Below, piece after piece: positions 42,786 through 57,470 of a stretch of DNA of 64,000 nt. How positions within the stretch are numbered: position 1 is the stretch's first letter; each line of letters starts with the position of its first letter. This DNA comes from Octopus vulgaris. Taxonomy: Eukaryota. The position numbers and the translations under genes are program-made. A model generated the notes under the pieces. That model saw only the letters and a list, made by a program, of their open reading frames with translations. It was not told the DNA's origin and did no database searches. The DNA lies in contig OX597830.1 in assembly GCA_951406725.2 (NCBI GenBank), positions 26,908,001-26,972,000 of the forward strand. Reading direction: 5' to 3'.

Positions 42786-43380
42786 ATCCTGCTTTGGCGA
42801 AGTTTGAAAAGAACTTAATTCACGTGATAAAAGATCTAAAATATTCTAAATATACTAAACCATTTCAAAAAGAACTCCCTGAAACCATATCTAAAATACG
42901 TTCCTTGTATTTTCTGATAAAACTAGGAACATCTATGCATTACCTATCAACTTAGAGCCAAAGATTTACGATTTACGGCTGCTGTAATCACCAGTCTTGA
43001 GAAATTAGACTTCTCAAAACAAGGAAGGAGAAAACTGATCCGACGATTACAGATTAAAGCCATAAATGGAACCATCAAAACTTTCCAGAAATTTATCATC
43101 TAAGTATGTATGCGCATGTCTAGCTAGATATGACACTATATGCATGAGAATACATACATAAAACAAAACACAAATCTGTGCATGCACGGACTCCAAACAT
43201 TGCACAAATACTCACAAACATGCAAAATTACCCTGTTGATGTTATTGCTATTGCAATGAAAGAACCTTGGATATACGCCAGAAACCGGTTCTTTTTCTAT
43301 TTGTAAGAAATCTTGAAAAAAAGGAAAACTGAATAATACAGCATACAAATATACACCATTTAAACATTTCACACTCTGCA
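42786..43380 (+). mobile_element. PLE-related fragments (short N-terminal piece plus repeat shared with 50490-50870)
   Basis: FEKNLIHVIKDLKY, SDKTRNIY; TCTTGAGAAATTAG..AAACTTTCCAGAA..AGAAACCGG at both loci. Confidence 0.55.
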
Positions 43381-43434
43381 CTATTATTGACTGAAAAGGT
43401 TAGATAACATCATCCTGTGTTTATGACACTGTAC

Positions 43435-44025
<591 letters not shown>

Positions 44026-44304
44026 TTTAATATATTTCGCGTCACGTAAGCTCGGCAGCCTTTCTTATTGGCTTTCATTTTAGTTTGTGTCTGTACGGAA
44101 GGTGGAGAGAGCATTGGAGTGTTGTTTTTGCAAGGCACAGGCTAGGTTTAATGGAAAACCATAATTTGTCCATGCAGCAAGACTGCGAACTCTAAGCCAT
44201 TGATATTGCACAAGTATCACCGTAGGAACGGAGCAGAACGAAGTCGGACGCTGGATCAACCATTGCTTTATGAGTGACGTCGAAAATAGTGTGGAAGCCT
44301 ATAG

Positions 44305-44338
<34 letters not shown>

Positions 44339-44574
44339 TGTATGTATGTATGTATGTATGTATGTATGTATGTATGTATGTATGTTTCACTTCTGTTTTT
44401 ATTTATTGAAATTCTTCCTTTGAACAAGGTGCTGGTCTCTAGCAAAGATACAAAACGCCATCATTGAACTGTCGATAAAGAAAAGAATATCACATTTTAA
44501 ACCTGAGCAAAGCCTTGCATAGTCTTACAGTTCCGCTTACCGATTGCATTTGTAACGTGGGAATTAGATTCTAT

Positions 44575-44945
44575 TACTTGTTTCAGTCATTTGACTGCGG
44601 CCATGCTGAAGCACCACTTTTAGTCGAACAAATCGACTTATTCTTGTAAGCCTAGTAATTTTTGTATCGGTGTCTTTTGCCGAACCGCCAAGTTACGGGG
44701 ACGTAAACACACCAACATCGGTTGTCAAATGATGCTTGGGGACAAACACAGACACACAAATACACACACACATATACGACGAGCTTCTTTCAGTTTCCGT
44801 CTGCCAAATCCACTCACAAGGCTTTGGTCGGCCCGAGGCTATAGTAGAAGACACTTGCCCAAGGTGCCACGCCACGCAGTGGGACTGAACCCGGAACCAT
44901 ATGGCTCGTAAACAAGCTACTTACCACACAGCCACTCCTGCGCCT
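44575..44945 (-). mobile_element. Full-length SINE family A
   Basis: Head and tail both present. Confidence 0.88.
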
Positions 44946-45875
44946 AAATGGTTAATTTCCTTTTCTAAAACCAACAGTTAGGCATTTCCTCACAAAGTCA
45001 ACTGCACCAATTACCATTTGTATAAATATAGATTTATAATCCGAATATAGAAACTGGAGGTTTCAAAGCAGTTGTCCATTGTTATTTTCTTTCTTTGACT
45101 CTTCGCATCAGCAGGGCAGCTGACCTCTATAACACTACGCACCTACGCACTCAAACAACAATAAAGGCCTGTTATACTTACACTTGACAAATGTTTCGAT
45201 GGGAATGTTCCACAAATATTCATTGTGTACGTTTTTTATAACAGGCAGATTCTCCATATTTATTCAAGGACAGTGTTTTTTTCCGGACAACATTGTGTAT
45301 TGTCTTTGCGACAATATAGGTATGTATGTACGCATGTGTATATACATATACATACGTGTATGTGAGTATGTATATACATGTGTGAGTGTGGATGCAGTGT
45401 GGATGCATGTATCTCAGTGTGGGTGCGTTTTTGAGATATCTCTGTGTTCGTGTGTGGGGGTGTATGTACGCGTCTGGGAGTGTGTGCTTCCGTGTTTATG
45501 TCTATATTACATACATATATACAAGTGTATACACAGATGCAGACACACTCACACGCACACACACATACACACATGTACATACACACATGAATGTATGCCT
45601 TGGTTTTACTTAGGCTTTCAGCTACCAATGGCTTTCACGATTCTATCCAAGAGCTCATGTTTCAGCCACTGATTTTCTTGACGTTTCCTAGATAATGTTA
45701 CGTTCTTATTAATTTTCTTTTCATACCTTAGGCTCACGGACTTGTTCTATATATATTAGAAATACAAACGTATATATATATATATATAGGTTATGATTAA
45801 AATTAAAGCTTACATACGAGACTTTAAACTGTTGTAGCTAAACCTTCTTTTGGTTATGTCCCTAGTAGTGTATTT

Positions 45876-45996
45876 ATGTATGTATGTATGTATGTATGCA
45901 TGTATGTATGTATGTATCTATGTATGTATGTATGTATGTATGTATGTATGTATGTATCTATCTATCTATCTATCTATCTATCTGCCTGCCTGTCTG

Positions 45997-46062
<66 letters not shown>

Positions 46063-46063
46063 C

Positions 46064-46114
<51 letters not shown>

Positions 46115-46154
46115 CATCAATCCATCCATACATCCATCCATCCATCCATCCATA

Positions 46155-46243
<89 letters not shown>

Positions 46244-46244
46244 C

Positions 46245-46293
<49 letters not shown>
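45876..46293. repeat. (TATG)n-(TATC)n-(CATC)n-(TA)n compound microsatellite
   Basis: Direct reading. Confidence 0.97.
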
Positions 46294-46297
<4 letters not shown>

Positions 46298-46298
<1 letters not shown>

Positions 46299-46897
46299 GA
46301 GGGGAAGTCAAAAATTATCTGCACTTTCGCCATAACATATATCTTTATTATTGTCACACTACCTTCTGCGCATGCGTGCTTAAAGTTAGTACTATTGTAG
46401 TCACATGATCGAAGTTTAAACCTGATCGCGCCATTTTTCTTTCTGGCTTTACATTGTAAGCATGACCGCTCCACTAGCAATATGCTTCAGAGAAGAACGA
46501 AGAGCAATGATCTGATTTGTCTGGAAAGGAGGTGTACGAAAAACAGTGCAAGATACAGTGCTTTACTGGCTAACAAATTGAAGTCAGCAATTCATACCAA
46601 ACGCCCACACACGGCCCAGATCTCGCCCGTTCCAACTATCATGTCTTTGGACTGATCGAAGATGGTTTACGAAGTCGTCGATTTCCTACGGATAAAGATG
46701 TGAATTAAGCGGTGCATCAATGATTGTACGATCGACCGAAAACCTTCTTCTTGGAGGGAATACGCAAACTTGTGGACCACCGAACCAAGTGCATCGAAAA
46801 GGGAGACTATATAGAAAAATGACGTACTTGCTTATTCCTTGCTTTTGTGTAAATAAATTGAAAAACAAGAGCGCATATAATTTTTGACTCTCTCTCG
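46298..46897 (+). mobile_element. Internally deleted mariner-like transposon
   Basis: TIRs CGAGGGGAAGTCAAAAATTAT / ATAATTTTTGACTCTCTCTCG; GPDLARSNYHVFG..FFLEGIRKLV..KCIEKGDYIEK. Confidence 0.82.
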
Positions 46898-47017
46898 TAT
46901 GTATGTGTGTATGTGTTTGCATGTGTGTGTATGTGTGTGCGAGGTGGTTTCATCCAAAAGCTAAAACAATGCGAGGAAGCGCATTATGACCAGTAGTACA
47001 GTGATACATATGTAGAT

Positions 47018-47087
<70 letters not shown>

Positions 47088-47189
47088 TGAGAGAGAAGCG
47101 AGGGGTGGAAGAGGGAAACAGAAAGAGAGTTCCACGTAGTATGTACGCTGATGTTCACAGATATCACCTGCTGTACCAGTTTAATATTA

Positions 47190-47520
47190 CAATTATATGT
47201 AATCCTTTACATAAAGCTAATAAACTGGATATTCTTGTAAAAGACCTCAACAATGTGTTTTATTTATTGATCGACATGAATATACATTGCGATCACAATA
47301 TCTCGGCAAAAGCATTTGACAAGATTAGAAAATGTTAATATTTGCTCAGTGGCAACTCAAGGCAGTTTCAATACCAGTGATTGTAGAAGCATTTGGAATG
47401 ATCCAAAAAGGAACTCAAAATTATTTGAGAATGATCCCTGACTTACCATCTTTGCCAGAAGCGCAAAAGATTGTTATAACTGGTACGTCTCGCATATTGA
47501 GAGGAACATTGTCATCGTGA
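47190..47520 (+). mobile_element. R4/Dong-like LINE 3' fragment
   Basis: KANKLDILV..LLID..IPVIVEAFGMI..QKIVITGTSRILRGTL. Confidence 0.75.
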
Positions 47521-47707
47521 GACAGGTTACCACCCATGTCGTTAAAAATAAATTTCCCCACAAAAATTAATTATATTTTGAAAATAAACAATCCCGTACG
47601 TTTATTTCAATGGCCTATTTATGTATATAGTGAGTTTATTTACTCTGGGTGTCGGCAAGAAATGGAAACAAATTGAAAAGGTGTGGGGACTCAATAATAA
47701 CCAATAA

Positions 47708-47914
47708 CCCTTTCTACTAAAGGCACAAGACTTGAAATTTTGGAGAGAAGGATAGTCGATTACATCGACCCAATGCGTAACTGGTACTTATTTTATCGAC
47801 TCCGAAAGGGACGAAAAGCAAAGTCGACCTCGGTGGAATTCAGAACGTAAAGACGGACGAAATACCGCTAAGCATTTCATCCGGCGTGCTAACGATTCTG
47901 TCAGCTCGCCGCCA
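47708..47914 (-). mobile_element. SINE family B
   Basis: Family B head and core. Confidence 0.8.
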
Positions 47915-48479
47915 TCTTAATAATAATAAATATGATGATAATAATAATAATAATAATAATGATAATAATAATAATAATAACGACAACAACAACAACAACA
48001 ACAATAATAATAATAATAATAATTTATTCTTTTATTAACCACAAGGGCTCGCATACGAAACATTAAATGACATACAACAACATAAAAGACGAAAACAGGA
48101 TGATACAATGGGTTTTTTGCGTGTATACAATGTAATAACAATAAAAATTGAACAAATTAAAACTCTCAATAGGGGAGGTGCTTTCAGGTCATCGTGGAAA
48201 ACCCCACAAAAGCCATGTGTGCCTGAACAACAGGGCAAGAGCCATTCTCCTTTTTTTTTACACGTGCACGCTCAGAATTGGTCCTTTCACACTGGCCATT
48301 CTTCCAACATTCATACACCTTTCAACAAACTTGTTACGAGGCAGCACTTCCCTCAACTTCATTTTCAACAACAATAATAATAGTGATTTCTTTTATTGAC
48401 CACAAAGGCCTAAAGACATACAGGGCAATATCAAAGGGTGAGATACGATACAAAAAAAAAGGAGGAAGTCATTACAACA

Positions 48480-48886
48480 TAGGCGCAGGAGTGGCTGTGT
48501 GGTAAGTAGCTTGCTAACCAACCACATGGTTCCGGGTTCAGTCCCACTGCGTGGCACCTTGGGCAAGTGTCTTCTACTATAGCCCCAGGCCGACCAAAGC
48601 CTTGTGAGTGGATTTGGTAGACGGTAACTGAAAGAAGCCCGTCGTATATATGTATATATACGTATGTGTGTGTGTTTGTGTGTCTGTGTCTGTCCCCCTA
48701 GCATTGCTTGACAACCGATGCTGGTGTGTTTACGTCACCGTCACTTAGCGGTTCGGCAAAAGAGACCGATAGAATAAGTACTGGGCTTACAAAGAATAAG
48801 TCCCGGGGTCGATTTGCTCGACTGAAGGCGGTGCTCCAGCATGGCCGCAGTCAAATGACTGAAACAAGTAAAAGAGTAAAAGAGTA
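48480..48886 (+). mobile_element. Full-length SINE family A
   Basis: Near-identical to 4596-5003. Confidence 0.9.
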
Positions 48887-49261
48887 ACATTATAGGATAT
48901 AACAAAGGATATATAGACAGAAGTTAGAGAAATAACATTGTACAACAAATTTCAGCCTCAAGAAAAAAAAAACAGTTCTCATGTATGTCGTATGAAGTTG
49001 ATTATGCTAAACTTGAGTTTTATAACAAAGATTTCTCATCACATCACATTTTCTTGTAAATTATCGACTCAATAACTATGCAATTTATATCAATTTCCAC
49101 GATACTATAAACTAATTTTGCTCCCAAAGTCAGATTAAATATGTCCATTGTAATTAATTCATAAATATCCAATGAATCGGTGTGTTAGTATTATATAATG
49201 TATTAACCTACATTTTAGCATTTACTTCTTCGTTTATATAAGACATCTAATGTATGTCATG

Positions 49262-49520
49262 CTTCAGGTTCCAGCAGAAGTCAGCCAGCATGGCTGATAG
49301 AACCTCTCTCGATGTTCATCACTTACATCACCTGCATTCTCTGGAAAGAAGGACAAATGAGGATGAAGGAAGTGTATCTTCAGTGACATATTGCATCCGA
49401 GATCTTGGCAGCACATGATTAGGTTCTCCACTATACTCTCTCGATGGGCCACTTGGTACTTTCCCAGAAGTCCTTTGCATACATCTTTGAATCCATGCCA
49501 GGCTGCTAACTTAGTTTCTC
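49262..49520 (-). pseudogene. DNA transposase C-terminal fragment, Chapaev3/CMC-like
   Basis: AAWHGFKDVCKGLLG..LGCNMSLKIHFLHPHLSFFPENAGDVSDEHRERFYQ; superfamily assigned from recollection of this motif. Confidence 0.55.
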
Positions 49521-50714
49521 TCCACCAACGTAGAAAAGCTTACTCAGAGTTGATCCATTAAGTCTCAACACTCTTGCTACTCTTGTCCACCTTTCGATAA
49601 ACACAGTAGAAAGCAGCAACTCCTCTTCTTACTCTCACCTTCCTGTTCAAATGATATTTGAAGAAGTTGATGAGAGCTTGGCCAGATAGGAAAAATGCCA
49701 GTCTTCAAACCTTTCAAACGAGTCCATCACAAAGCCTCCTTTGCCACATCCACTAAGCAGAGAGAGAGAGAACTGTTTTATTATAAATCCATTGTGCTAA
49801 ATAAGTATTTTCTCAACGAATTGGAAATCAATTAACATTTTGTATTTTATAATTAACAATTAATATTTTAGTCTGATTAAGGACAGGGCAAGGACATTGC
49901 TAGACAAATATATTACGTTCGTGTTATTTATTTATGCACCCATTAACAAACTTCCTTCGCATACATGCGTCTTTGCTGCTGCACATACATACATACATAC
50001 ATACATACATACATACATACATACATACATACATACAAACATATACGCAAATGCATGTGATAATCTGGATAAGGTAAGGTTTGCAGAAAAGAAATCAACT
50101 AGCTAATTCACACATTACAAATACAATTTCCATGTGGAACAATAAACATATGGAAAGCTATTCCAAGCTATTTGTATATTTATTAGAAACCGCCTCCTTT
50201 CTCAGACGAAGATTTTTAGTGACAGAAATAGAAGAGAACACACATACACACATATAAACATACATACATACATACATACATACATACATACATACATACA
50301 TACATACATACATACATACATACATACATACATACATACATACATACATGCAAATCTGTACGTATACATAAGTAGGTTGATTGATAGATAGAAAGATAGA
50401 TACATATATACATACATACCAGATTATAAGGTCAGGTTTATACCTGTAATTATTGGGGCTCTGGGATATGTAACACACTACCTAAATACCAATCTTGAGA
50501 AATTAGGCTTCTCAAAACCAAAAGGAGAAAGTTAATTCGAAAATTACTGATCCAATCCATCATTTGAACTGTAAAAATCCGTTAAACTTTCCAGAAGTTT
50601 ATCATTTAGATGATATATGAACATGTCTAGATATACAAATATATGCATGAGAATACATACACAAAACATACAAATCTGCACATACATACATACATACATA
50701 CATACATACATACA

Positions 50715-50746
<32 letters not shown>

Positions 50747-51189
50747 AAAATACTCTCATGTTGATGCTGAAATTCCACCGAAGGAGCCCTGGATCTAGGT
50801 TAGAAACCGGCTCTGTCTTTATTAGCAAAAAATCTTGAAATAAAGCTGAATAAAGACATATATACATATGTAAGTACATAAATACATACACACATACATA
50901 CAAAAGTTATTGGAACACTTGGATACGTAACTAACTGCCTCAGTATCAATTTTGGAAGGCGGGCTTCAAAATCCCAAAATGAACACACGAGCGGTAACAC
51001 AGATATAGTGTCTGTATCGTAAAAAGCATGCTTCCCAACCACATAGTTCTCGCTTCTGTTCCACTGCATGGCAGCTTGGTCAAGTGTCTCCTGTAATAGC
51101 CTTGGGCAGACCGAATCCTCTTGAGGGGATATGATAGACGGAAACTGAAAGTAGCCCGCCGTATATATATATATCTATATATATATATC

Positions 51190-51220
<31 letters not shown>

Positions 51221-51509
51221 GATATGACAAGGGTGTTAGAACACTTACATTGCTAGAAATAAGAGCTAAAAAGCTCTAATCCTGTAGTGAAGGCACGTAA
51301 TTATACATATGTAATGAGAGGGATTGTGATCAGCCGAAAACACCGGTCAAAAATTCCCTGTCAGTAGATATATATACAATTATGTGCTTTAACTACAACA
51401 TTAGAGCTTTTTAGCTCTTTACTTCTAGCATGTAGGTATTGTAACACTTTAATCATATTTAGTGAGAATTATAGTATTCCTTTTTGGTAAAACATTACAC
51501 ACGGCAGTC

Positions 51510-51573
<64 letters not shown>

Positions 51574-51574
51574 T

Positions 51575-52517
51575 CTCTAGTTTCAGCTCAGAGCTGCGGC
51601 CATGCTGATGCACCGCCGTTTTGTGCTACACTGTTATTGCGAAGAACCTCGTCTAATATGTGGCACTTGGTGAAGAATGGAGTTTGATATAGCTACTCTC
51701 ATTTGCACCTCTTGCCGTGAGGTAGGTTCATCTGGGACTCTCGACAGGAAGATGTCCAGCTTTGATTTAAAAACCGCTACATCTACTTTGTGCAAGTTCC
51801 TCAGACTCTTTGGGAGAATATTAAAAAGCTGTGGGTCCTTGAAACCCAGGCTGTTGCAGAAGCTGGTCCTGAAGCGTGATGGCATTGCTGGGATCTTTGG
51901 CACTATGCAGTGTCGTCCTGTTCTAGCATTGGTGTAGCTTACAATGCCAAAATTTGGCACAATTTCTTCCAGGATCTTCCAGACGTATATTACTGCATAC
52001 CTCTCCCGTCTTCTCTCCAGGGAGTAGAGTCTTAGCTGTTTCAACCTTTCCCAGTAGCTGAGCTGTTGCAAAGAGACAATCTTCTTTGTGAATCTTCTAT
52101 GGATTGCTTCAAGGTCCGCTGTTAATTTTACACTGGTGGGTGACCATAGCTGTGAGCAGTAATCCAGGTGGCTGAGGACAAATGTCCGCCAGAGGACCAT
52201 CATGGTTTCCTTATCTCTGGTTCTGAATGTTCTTAGGATCCACCCAGCCAGTCGTCTGCACTTTGTAGCCATCCTGGTAATGTGCACTTGGAAAGAGGTA
52301 TCATCACTCATGTCGATACCCAGGTCCCTCACATACTTAGGCTCTGGGATTGAAATTCCCTGTGGACCGATGTATCCCGTGAGTTTAATATTCAGTTTTG
52401 GATGCTGGTAGCGCAGGGCCTAGAATTTTTCAGCATTAAACTGCATATTATTATCGTCAGCCCATCTGTAGATTGAGTCCAACTCCTGCTGCAGGTGTGC
52501 AACATCGCTGGGGTTCT
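51575..52517 (-). mobile_element. CR1-clade LINE 3' fragment
   Basis: RDLGI, GWILRTF, SHLDYCSQLWSP, LSYWERLKQLRLYSLERRRER, LFNILP, FKSKLD; short 3' tail. Confidence 0.9.
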
Positions 52518-52564
52518 GTATTTATATATATATATATAGGGGTTGTGTATATATATATAGGGGC

Positions 52565-52622
<58 letters not shown>

Positions 52623-52679
52623 CATACATACATGCATACATACATAAATACATACATACATACATATATATATATTTGT

Positions 52680-53234
52680 AAAAAATGAAGTTCGAAAATG
52701 CTGCTGTATTATACAATTTTTAATTTTTATATATACATTATAACATGTTTCAGTTCCTGAAATGAACCTTATCAAAAAAAAGTTATATATAAAAAGAGAC
52801 AGCTCATGCCGTCAAACACAAGAAATTCATTTATAATACACAACGGAGTCAGACATCTTAGAGTTCATGTATAGTTGATATATAGTTCATGTACAGTTGA
52901 TATATAGTTTGAAGTATATGTTCAAAGTGTTCGATGCAGTGGCCCACGGTGGCGATACGTATTCAATACAAAAAACAGATCAAAGTGGTGGAAAGCGGTC
53001 AATACAGAAGATTGATGTTTCCGAAAGAGCGAGGAATTCATTTTTACCTTAAGCAATTGTGATGACCCATGGTGGAAGTTCGCTGGGTGGTTCTAGTGGG
53101 TTTTTGTGAAATGCTCGGTTTTATAATGCCTGTTAGGTGGTCAATCTAGCGTAGCGTGACGTCATCAATGTTTTGACCAATCGTTTCGTTAGGTGGCTTT
53201 AATCAAGTGGAACGGGACGTCATCATTATTTTGA

Positions 53235-53240
<6 letters not shown>
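52680..53240 (-). mobile_element. Probable PLE terminal fragment with degenerate hammerhead (52738-52776)
   Basis: Minus strand TTGATAA-GGTTC..GAACT-GAAACATGTT; (TA)n flanks. Confidence 0.4.
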
Positions 53241-53271
<31 letters not shown>

Positions 53272-53280
53272 GAATAAATG

Positions 53281-53408
53281 AAAAGAATGGAGTCGAACGA
53301 AGATTTTATCAAAATTCCTTTACTTTCGACATATGTTTCGAAGACTGCAGTCTTCGAAACATATGTCGAAAGTAAAGGAATTTAATCTTCATTCGACTCC
53401 ATTCTTTT
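53281..53408. repeat. Fold-back palindrome of a PLE terminal sequence
   Basis: Perfect core 53312-53383 centred on CTGCAG; arm GAAACATATGTCGAAAGTAAA also at 34996 and 16682. Confidence 0.92.
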
Positions 53409-53560
53409 TGTTTATTCGTATAAAAAAACACAAATTTCTCCACACGAACACGGGGTTCAGCCCTTGGCATGTAACTTCAACCGTGTTTTACTGAAGTGAA
53501 TTTGCTACCCAGGTATCGATTAACAGAATTATCCATACTAGGATAATTCATTCATCTACT

Positions 53561-53624
<64 letters not shown>

Positions 53625-53815
53625 GATAGGGCACAGAAAGTGTGTCAATAGCCAGCTGGAGAAGATGTTCTCCTGGGGCTACAAGCTACAGTAACATCTA
53701 CCCTTAGTGTTTAGCCATATTTGGATGGCAAATATACTTCACATTGTTCTCAGGTATGCAAGGTATGCGCTGCCTGCCCTGTGATTTTTTTATCCATATC
53801 ATTGGGAAATTAGAT

Positions 53816-54252
53816 GGGTCTTTTCGGTTTGAACGGCAGTTTTTCTAGCGGTGTCATATGAAAATGTCACCCATAATTATGAACTTAGTATCGATCTATT
53901 GCATTTCAATCTGTTTTAGGGTTAGGGTTAGTTAGGATTAGGGTTAGGGTTAGGGGTGGAGGAAGGGTATCTTTTTTTCTTCACAAACGTAAATAAACCC
54001 AATCTGTTTCTTAAACGAGGGACATATTAATACGGCACATAATTTTTTTTTACCTCAATAGACGTTATTGATTGGTTGAAATTGCAGAAATTGAAGAAAA
54101 AAACAACAAATATCTTACAAACTATAGAATTTTCTCAATAAAGCCAAGAGAAAAAGATGTTTTATAAACACATTCTACCAGCATACAAAGTTTAGAATTT
54201 TTTAGTTACCTAGAAATTATATTAAAAACTGCCGTTCAAACCGAAAAGATCC
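53816..54252. mobile_element. MITE with 8-bp TSD, Merlin-like
   Basis: TIR GG(G/A)TCTTTTCGGTTTGAACGGCAGTTTT; TSD AATTAGAT; internal TTAGGG-like repeats. Confidence 0.82.
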
Positions 54253-55272
54253 AATTAGATAAAATAGTTACTTTGTTTCAGAGAAAATACGTCCAGTTGT
54301 TTTCGAAATATTTTGTCTCCCCTTCCCCTCTCTTAGTGACTCCATAAATTCATTGTGGCATGTCATGCTTTGAGAATACCCGCATGACCTCCCTCTCTCT
54401 TTGTTAGTTTGTCCCTCCTTCCTCTCTCTCTTAGTGACTTGTTTAAAAGATATGATAGGAAGAAAGATCATTCATAATATTTTGTATCCCCTTCTTCTCT
54501 CTCTCATTGACTCGACAAATTCATTGGGGCATGTCATGCCTTGAGAAGACTGCACGACACACCCCTCTCTGTCTCTTTGTTAGTGTACAATTGTTGCTAA
54601 CCTGGTTCCCCTTTTTGACCCATAAAATATCTGATCGGAACAAGAGCAGTCCCATAATTCTTGAGTTAGCCAGCTGGTAAGTTTGAATTTTTGATAATTC
54701 TTGAGTTAGCCTGGTGGTAAGTTTGAATTTTTTTATCCAAAACATCTGTTTGCACTATTATATTTTTGAAGTTTTCTGAAAACAAAAATATAATCAATAT
54801 CTATAAATTTAACTAAGGTTATTTTCCCGTTTTGTTGAAATTGACTTACAATTTACGCAGATACTTACACGTGTGTTCTTATAACTGTTTCTATAATATA
54901 ATAATTTAAATGTATGTTAAAGAGAATTTAATATCACAAACTGTCTGCATAAAGAATTTAAAAAATGAAAAAGAGTGGCAAGTTTTGTAAATAGGGGCAG
55001 AGTAAGGTTGGATATTTAAGAGAATTTGCAGCGTGTAAGATGCTTGTGAGCAATTCCAGAACAACAAAAGCCGTTACTTTCACTGTAAAATTTTAATTCC
55101 GTTTGTCTAAATATTTTCGGTCTTTGAAACCATGGCAAACCCCTGACAAAAACTTCGTGCTGCATCTCTTTTGTCAGTGAACAAGTCTCGGTTTCAAAGC
55201 GACAAAAATATCGACATTGAAATGAGATTTAAATGTTGCAGTGAACCAACCATTTCTCTTTGTATGTATGTA

Positions 55273-55324
<52 letters not shown>

Positions 55325-55595
55325 CTTGATAATCGTTTAGAACAAGTAGTTTTACACCAATTACACTATTTTTTCCCTTTTTTCCGGCCCGGGTCAAACA
55401 CTACAGTTTAAATTCCATGGACTGAAGATGTGAATGTTCCGGCGGTGTATATTTCGTTTGTCACTGTTATTTATGACATGTTTCGTTTGAGATACGCGTG
55501 TGTGTGTTTAGTTAGAAAAAAATTATTTTTTAAATCTGCCGATTAAAGTGAAATGATCCCCAACACCTGATTATCCAAAAACGGAACGTGTTCAG

Positions 55596-56637
55596 GGATC
55601 TTTTCCTTTTGATGGACGGAATTTTCAAGTTAACTAAACAATTTGAAACTTCGTATACTGGGAGAATGTGTCAAAAGAAAACATTATTGTAAACAAAATT
55701 GAAAACAAAATTGTAATTTCTAAGTTTAACGTAGTTTAATTCTACGAATTTTAACCAATGAGATCCCAGCATTTGAGCTCAATTCCTTTTCTGCATCTAA
55801 CCCCCCCACACACACACACGTCTTATTCATTCCTATCTCTTCTGTCTTCTGCATGTGCTCTGCATGTGCTAGAAATAACAGCTATATCTCTTAAATCGAT
55901 GAATTTCGTCGCCCAATAAAAATATTAACGATATTTTTGGAATATTTTCTTTCTTTTTTTTTTTACCGAAAAGGCTTCTCCCATGGTTTTGAAGGGCCAG
56001 AAACAACAAAAACAAAACAACAATATGCCTAACGCGGTCTAGAGTTTGCGCGTGGAGTGTGAAAAAAACCCTCGACACCAGTGCGTAGTTGGTACTTAAT
56101 TTATCGACCCCGAAACAATGAAACATTGACCCTCCCCTTCTGGTTTATTTACCCTTTGTGTAAATTTGTTGCGGCAAGGAGCAAAACACGAACGTGTATG
56201 TATGCTTGTGTGCGTATGTGTGTGTATGTATATGTCCGTTTGTATGTGTGTGTATGCTTATATATTAATTACTGTGCTTGTGCAAATGTATATGCATGTG
56301 TTTGAGAGAGAGAGATAGTGACAGAGAGTGTGTGTGCGTGCAAGTGTACGTGTGTATGTATCTGAATATATATATGTGTGTGTGTGTGTGTGTGTATGCG
56401 GCATGCGTCTGCTATGTTTCTTTATCAATATCGATAACGCAGCAAATGATTTGAGTTCAAATGCTGGGATTTCATTGGTTAAAATTCGAAGAATTAAACT
56501 ACGTTAAAGTTAGAAATTACAATTTTGTTTTCAATTTTGTTTACAATAATGTTTTCTTTTGACACATTCTACCTGTATACGAAGTTTCAAATTTTTTAGT
56601 TAACTAGAAAATTCCGTCCATCAAAAGGAAAAGATCC
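55596..56637. mobile_element. MITE with about 185-bp TIRs and 8-bp TSD, Merlin-like
   Basis: GGATCTTTTCCTTTTGATGGACGGAATTTTC.. at both ends; TSD GTGTTCAG. Confidence 0.88.
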
Positions 56638-57019
56638 GTGTTCAGATTTGAGGGAAATTTAGCTATTCTTTTTAAGTGGGCTACAGTTTAGATATGTTTT
56701 TGTTTAGCCCTCGGTAGGACCTGATCGAGCAAAGACGTTCCAGACTCCAAACTCTAGCCGTGACAATCCCGTCTTTCTCCCAATGTGCAGGAAATCTAGG
56801 ACCAGATTATGTAAAGTGTCTTCTTTTTTTCCAAGACGGCGAAGTTAATGTTTGGGTTAAATGTGGCTGCTATTTTTAGCCTGTCAAATTGTGTTGTGCT
56901 GTGGTTACTGGGACGGCACTGGTAAACAATCATAAAATAAGCGAACCACGTTTGCTACTTAAAGCAAAACAAACAACAAAAGCCAGCAACTATGACACTG
57001 TGGGGTCCAACCGTTTTGA

Positions 57020-57435
57020 CCTCCCTTTCTGTCTTTCTCTCTCTATCTGTCTTTTTCTCTCACTGTCTCCCTCTCTATGACTCTCTCTGTGTCTCGCTCT
57101 TTCTACCTCTCTGTCTTCTGCTCTATCCGCCTATCTTTCTCTCTGTCAACCCCTTTTCGTCCCTTTCTGTCTCCCTCGCCTCCTCTCTTACTTTGCATAT
57201 CTTTGTCTCTGCTTGTCCGTCTGTCTCTCTCTGTTTCTGTCAAGCTGTCTGCCAGTTTATCTCTCTCTCTCTCGCTTTGTCTCTCTGTCTGTCTTCTGAC
57301 CATCTCTATCCCTGTTTCTCTCTCTATTTGTCTGTCTTTCTCTCCTATCGCTCTCATTCTTTTTTTTTTTTCTATTTGTCTCTGATTTTTGTCTCATCCT
57401 CTGTCTCTTTTTCTGTTTCCCTTTCTCTTCCTACT

Positions 57436-57470
<35 letters not shown>
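57020..57470. repeat. Degenerate CT-rich low-complexity tract
   Basis: Direct reading. Confidence 0.85.

Noticed and set aside
50770-50815. Hammerhead-like GAAACCGG motifs here and at about 43281, and GAAACAGCTGTA at about 7943
   Set aside because: The 5' core is too degenerate to call; possibly decayed PLE ribozymes.
53916-53955. Telomere
   Set aside because: Only a few imperfect TTAGGG units, internal to a MITE.
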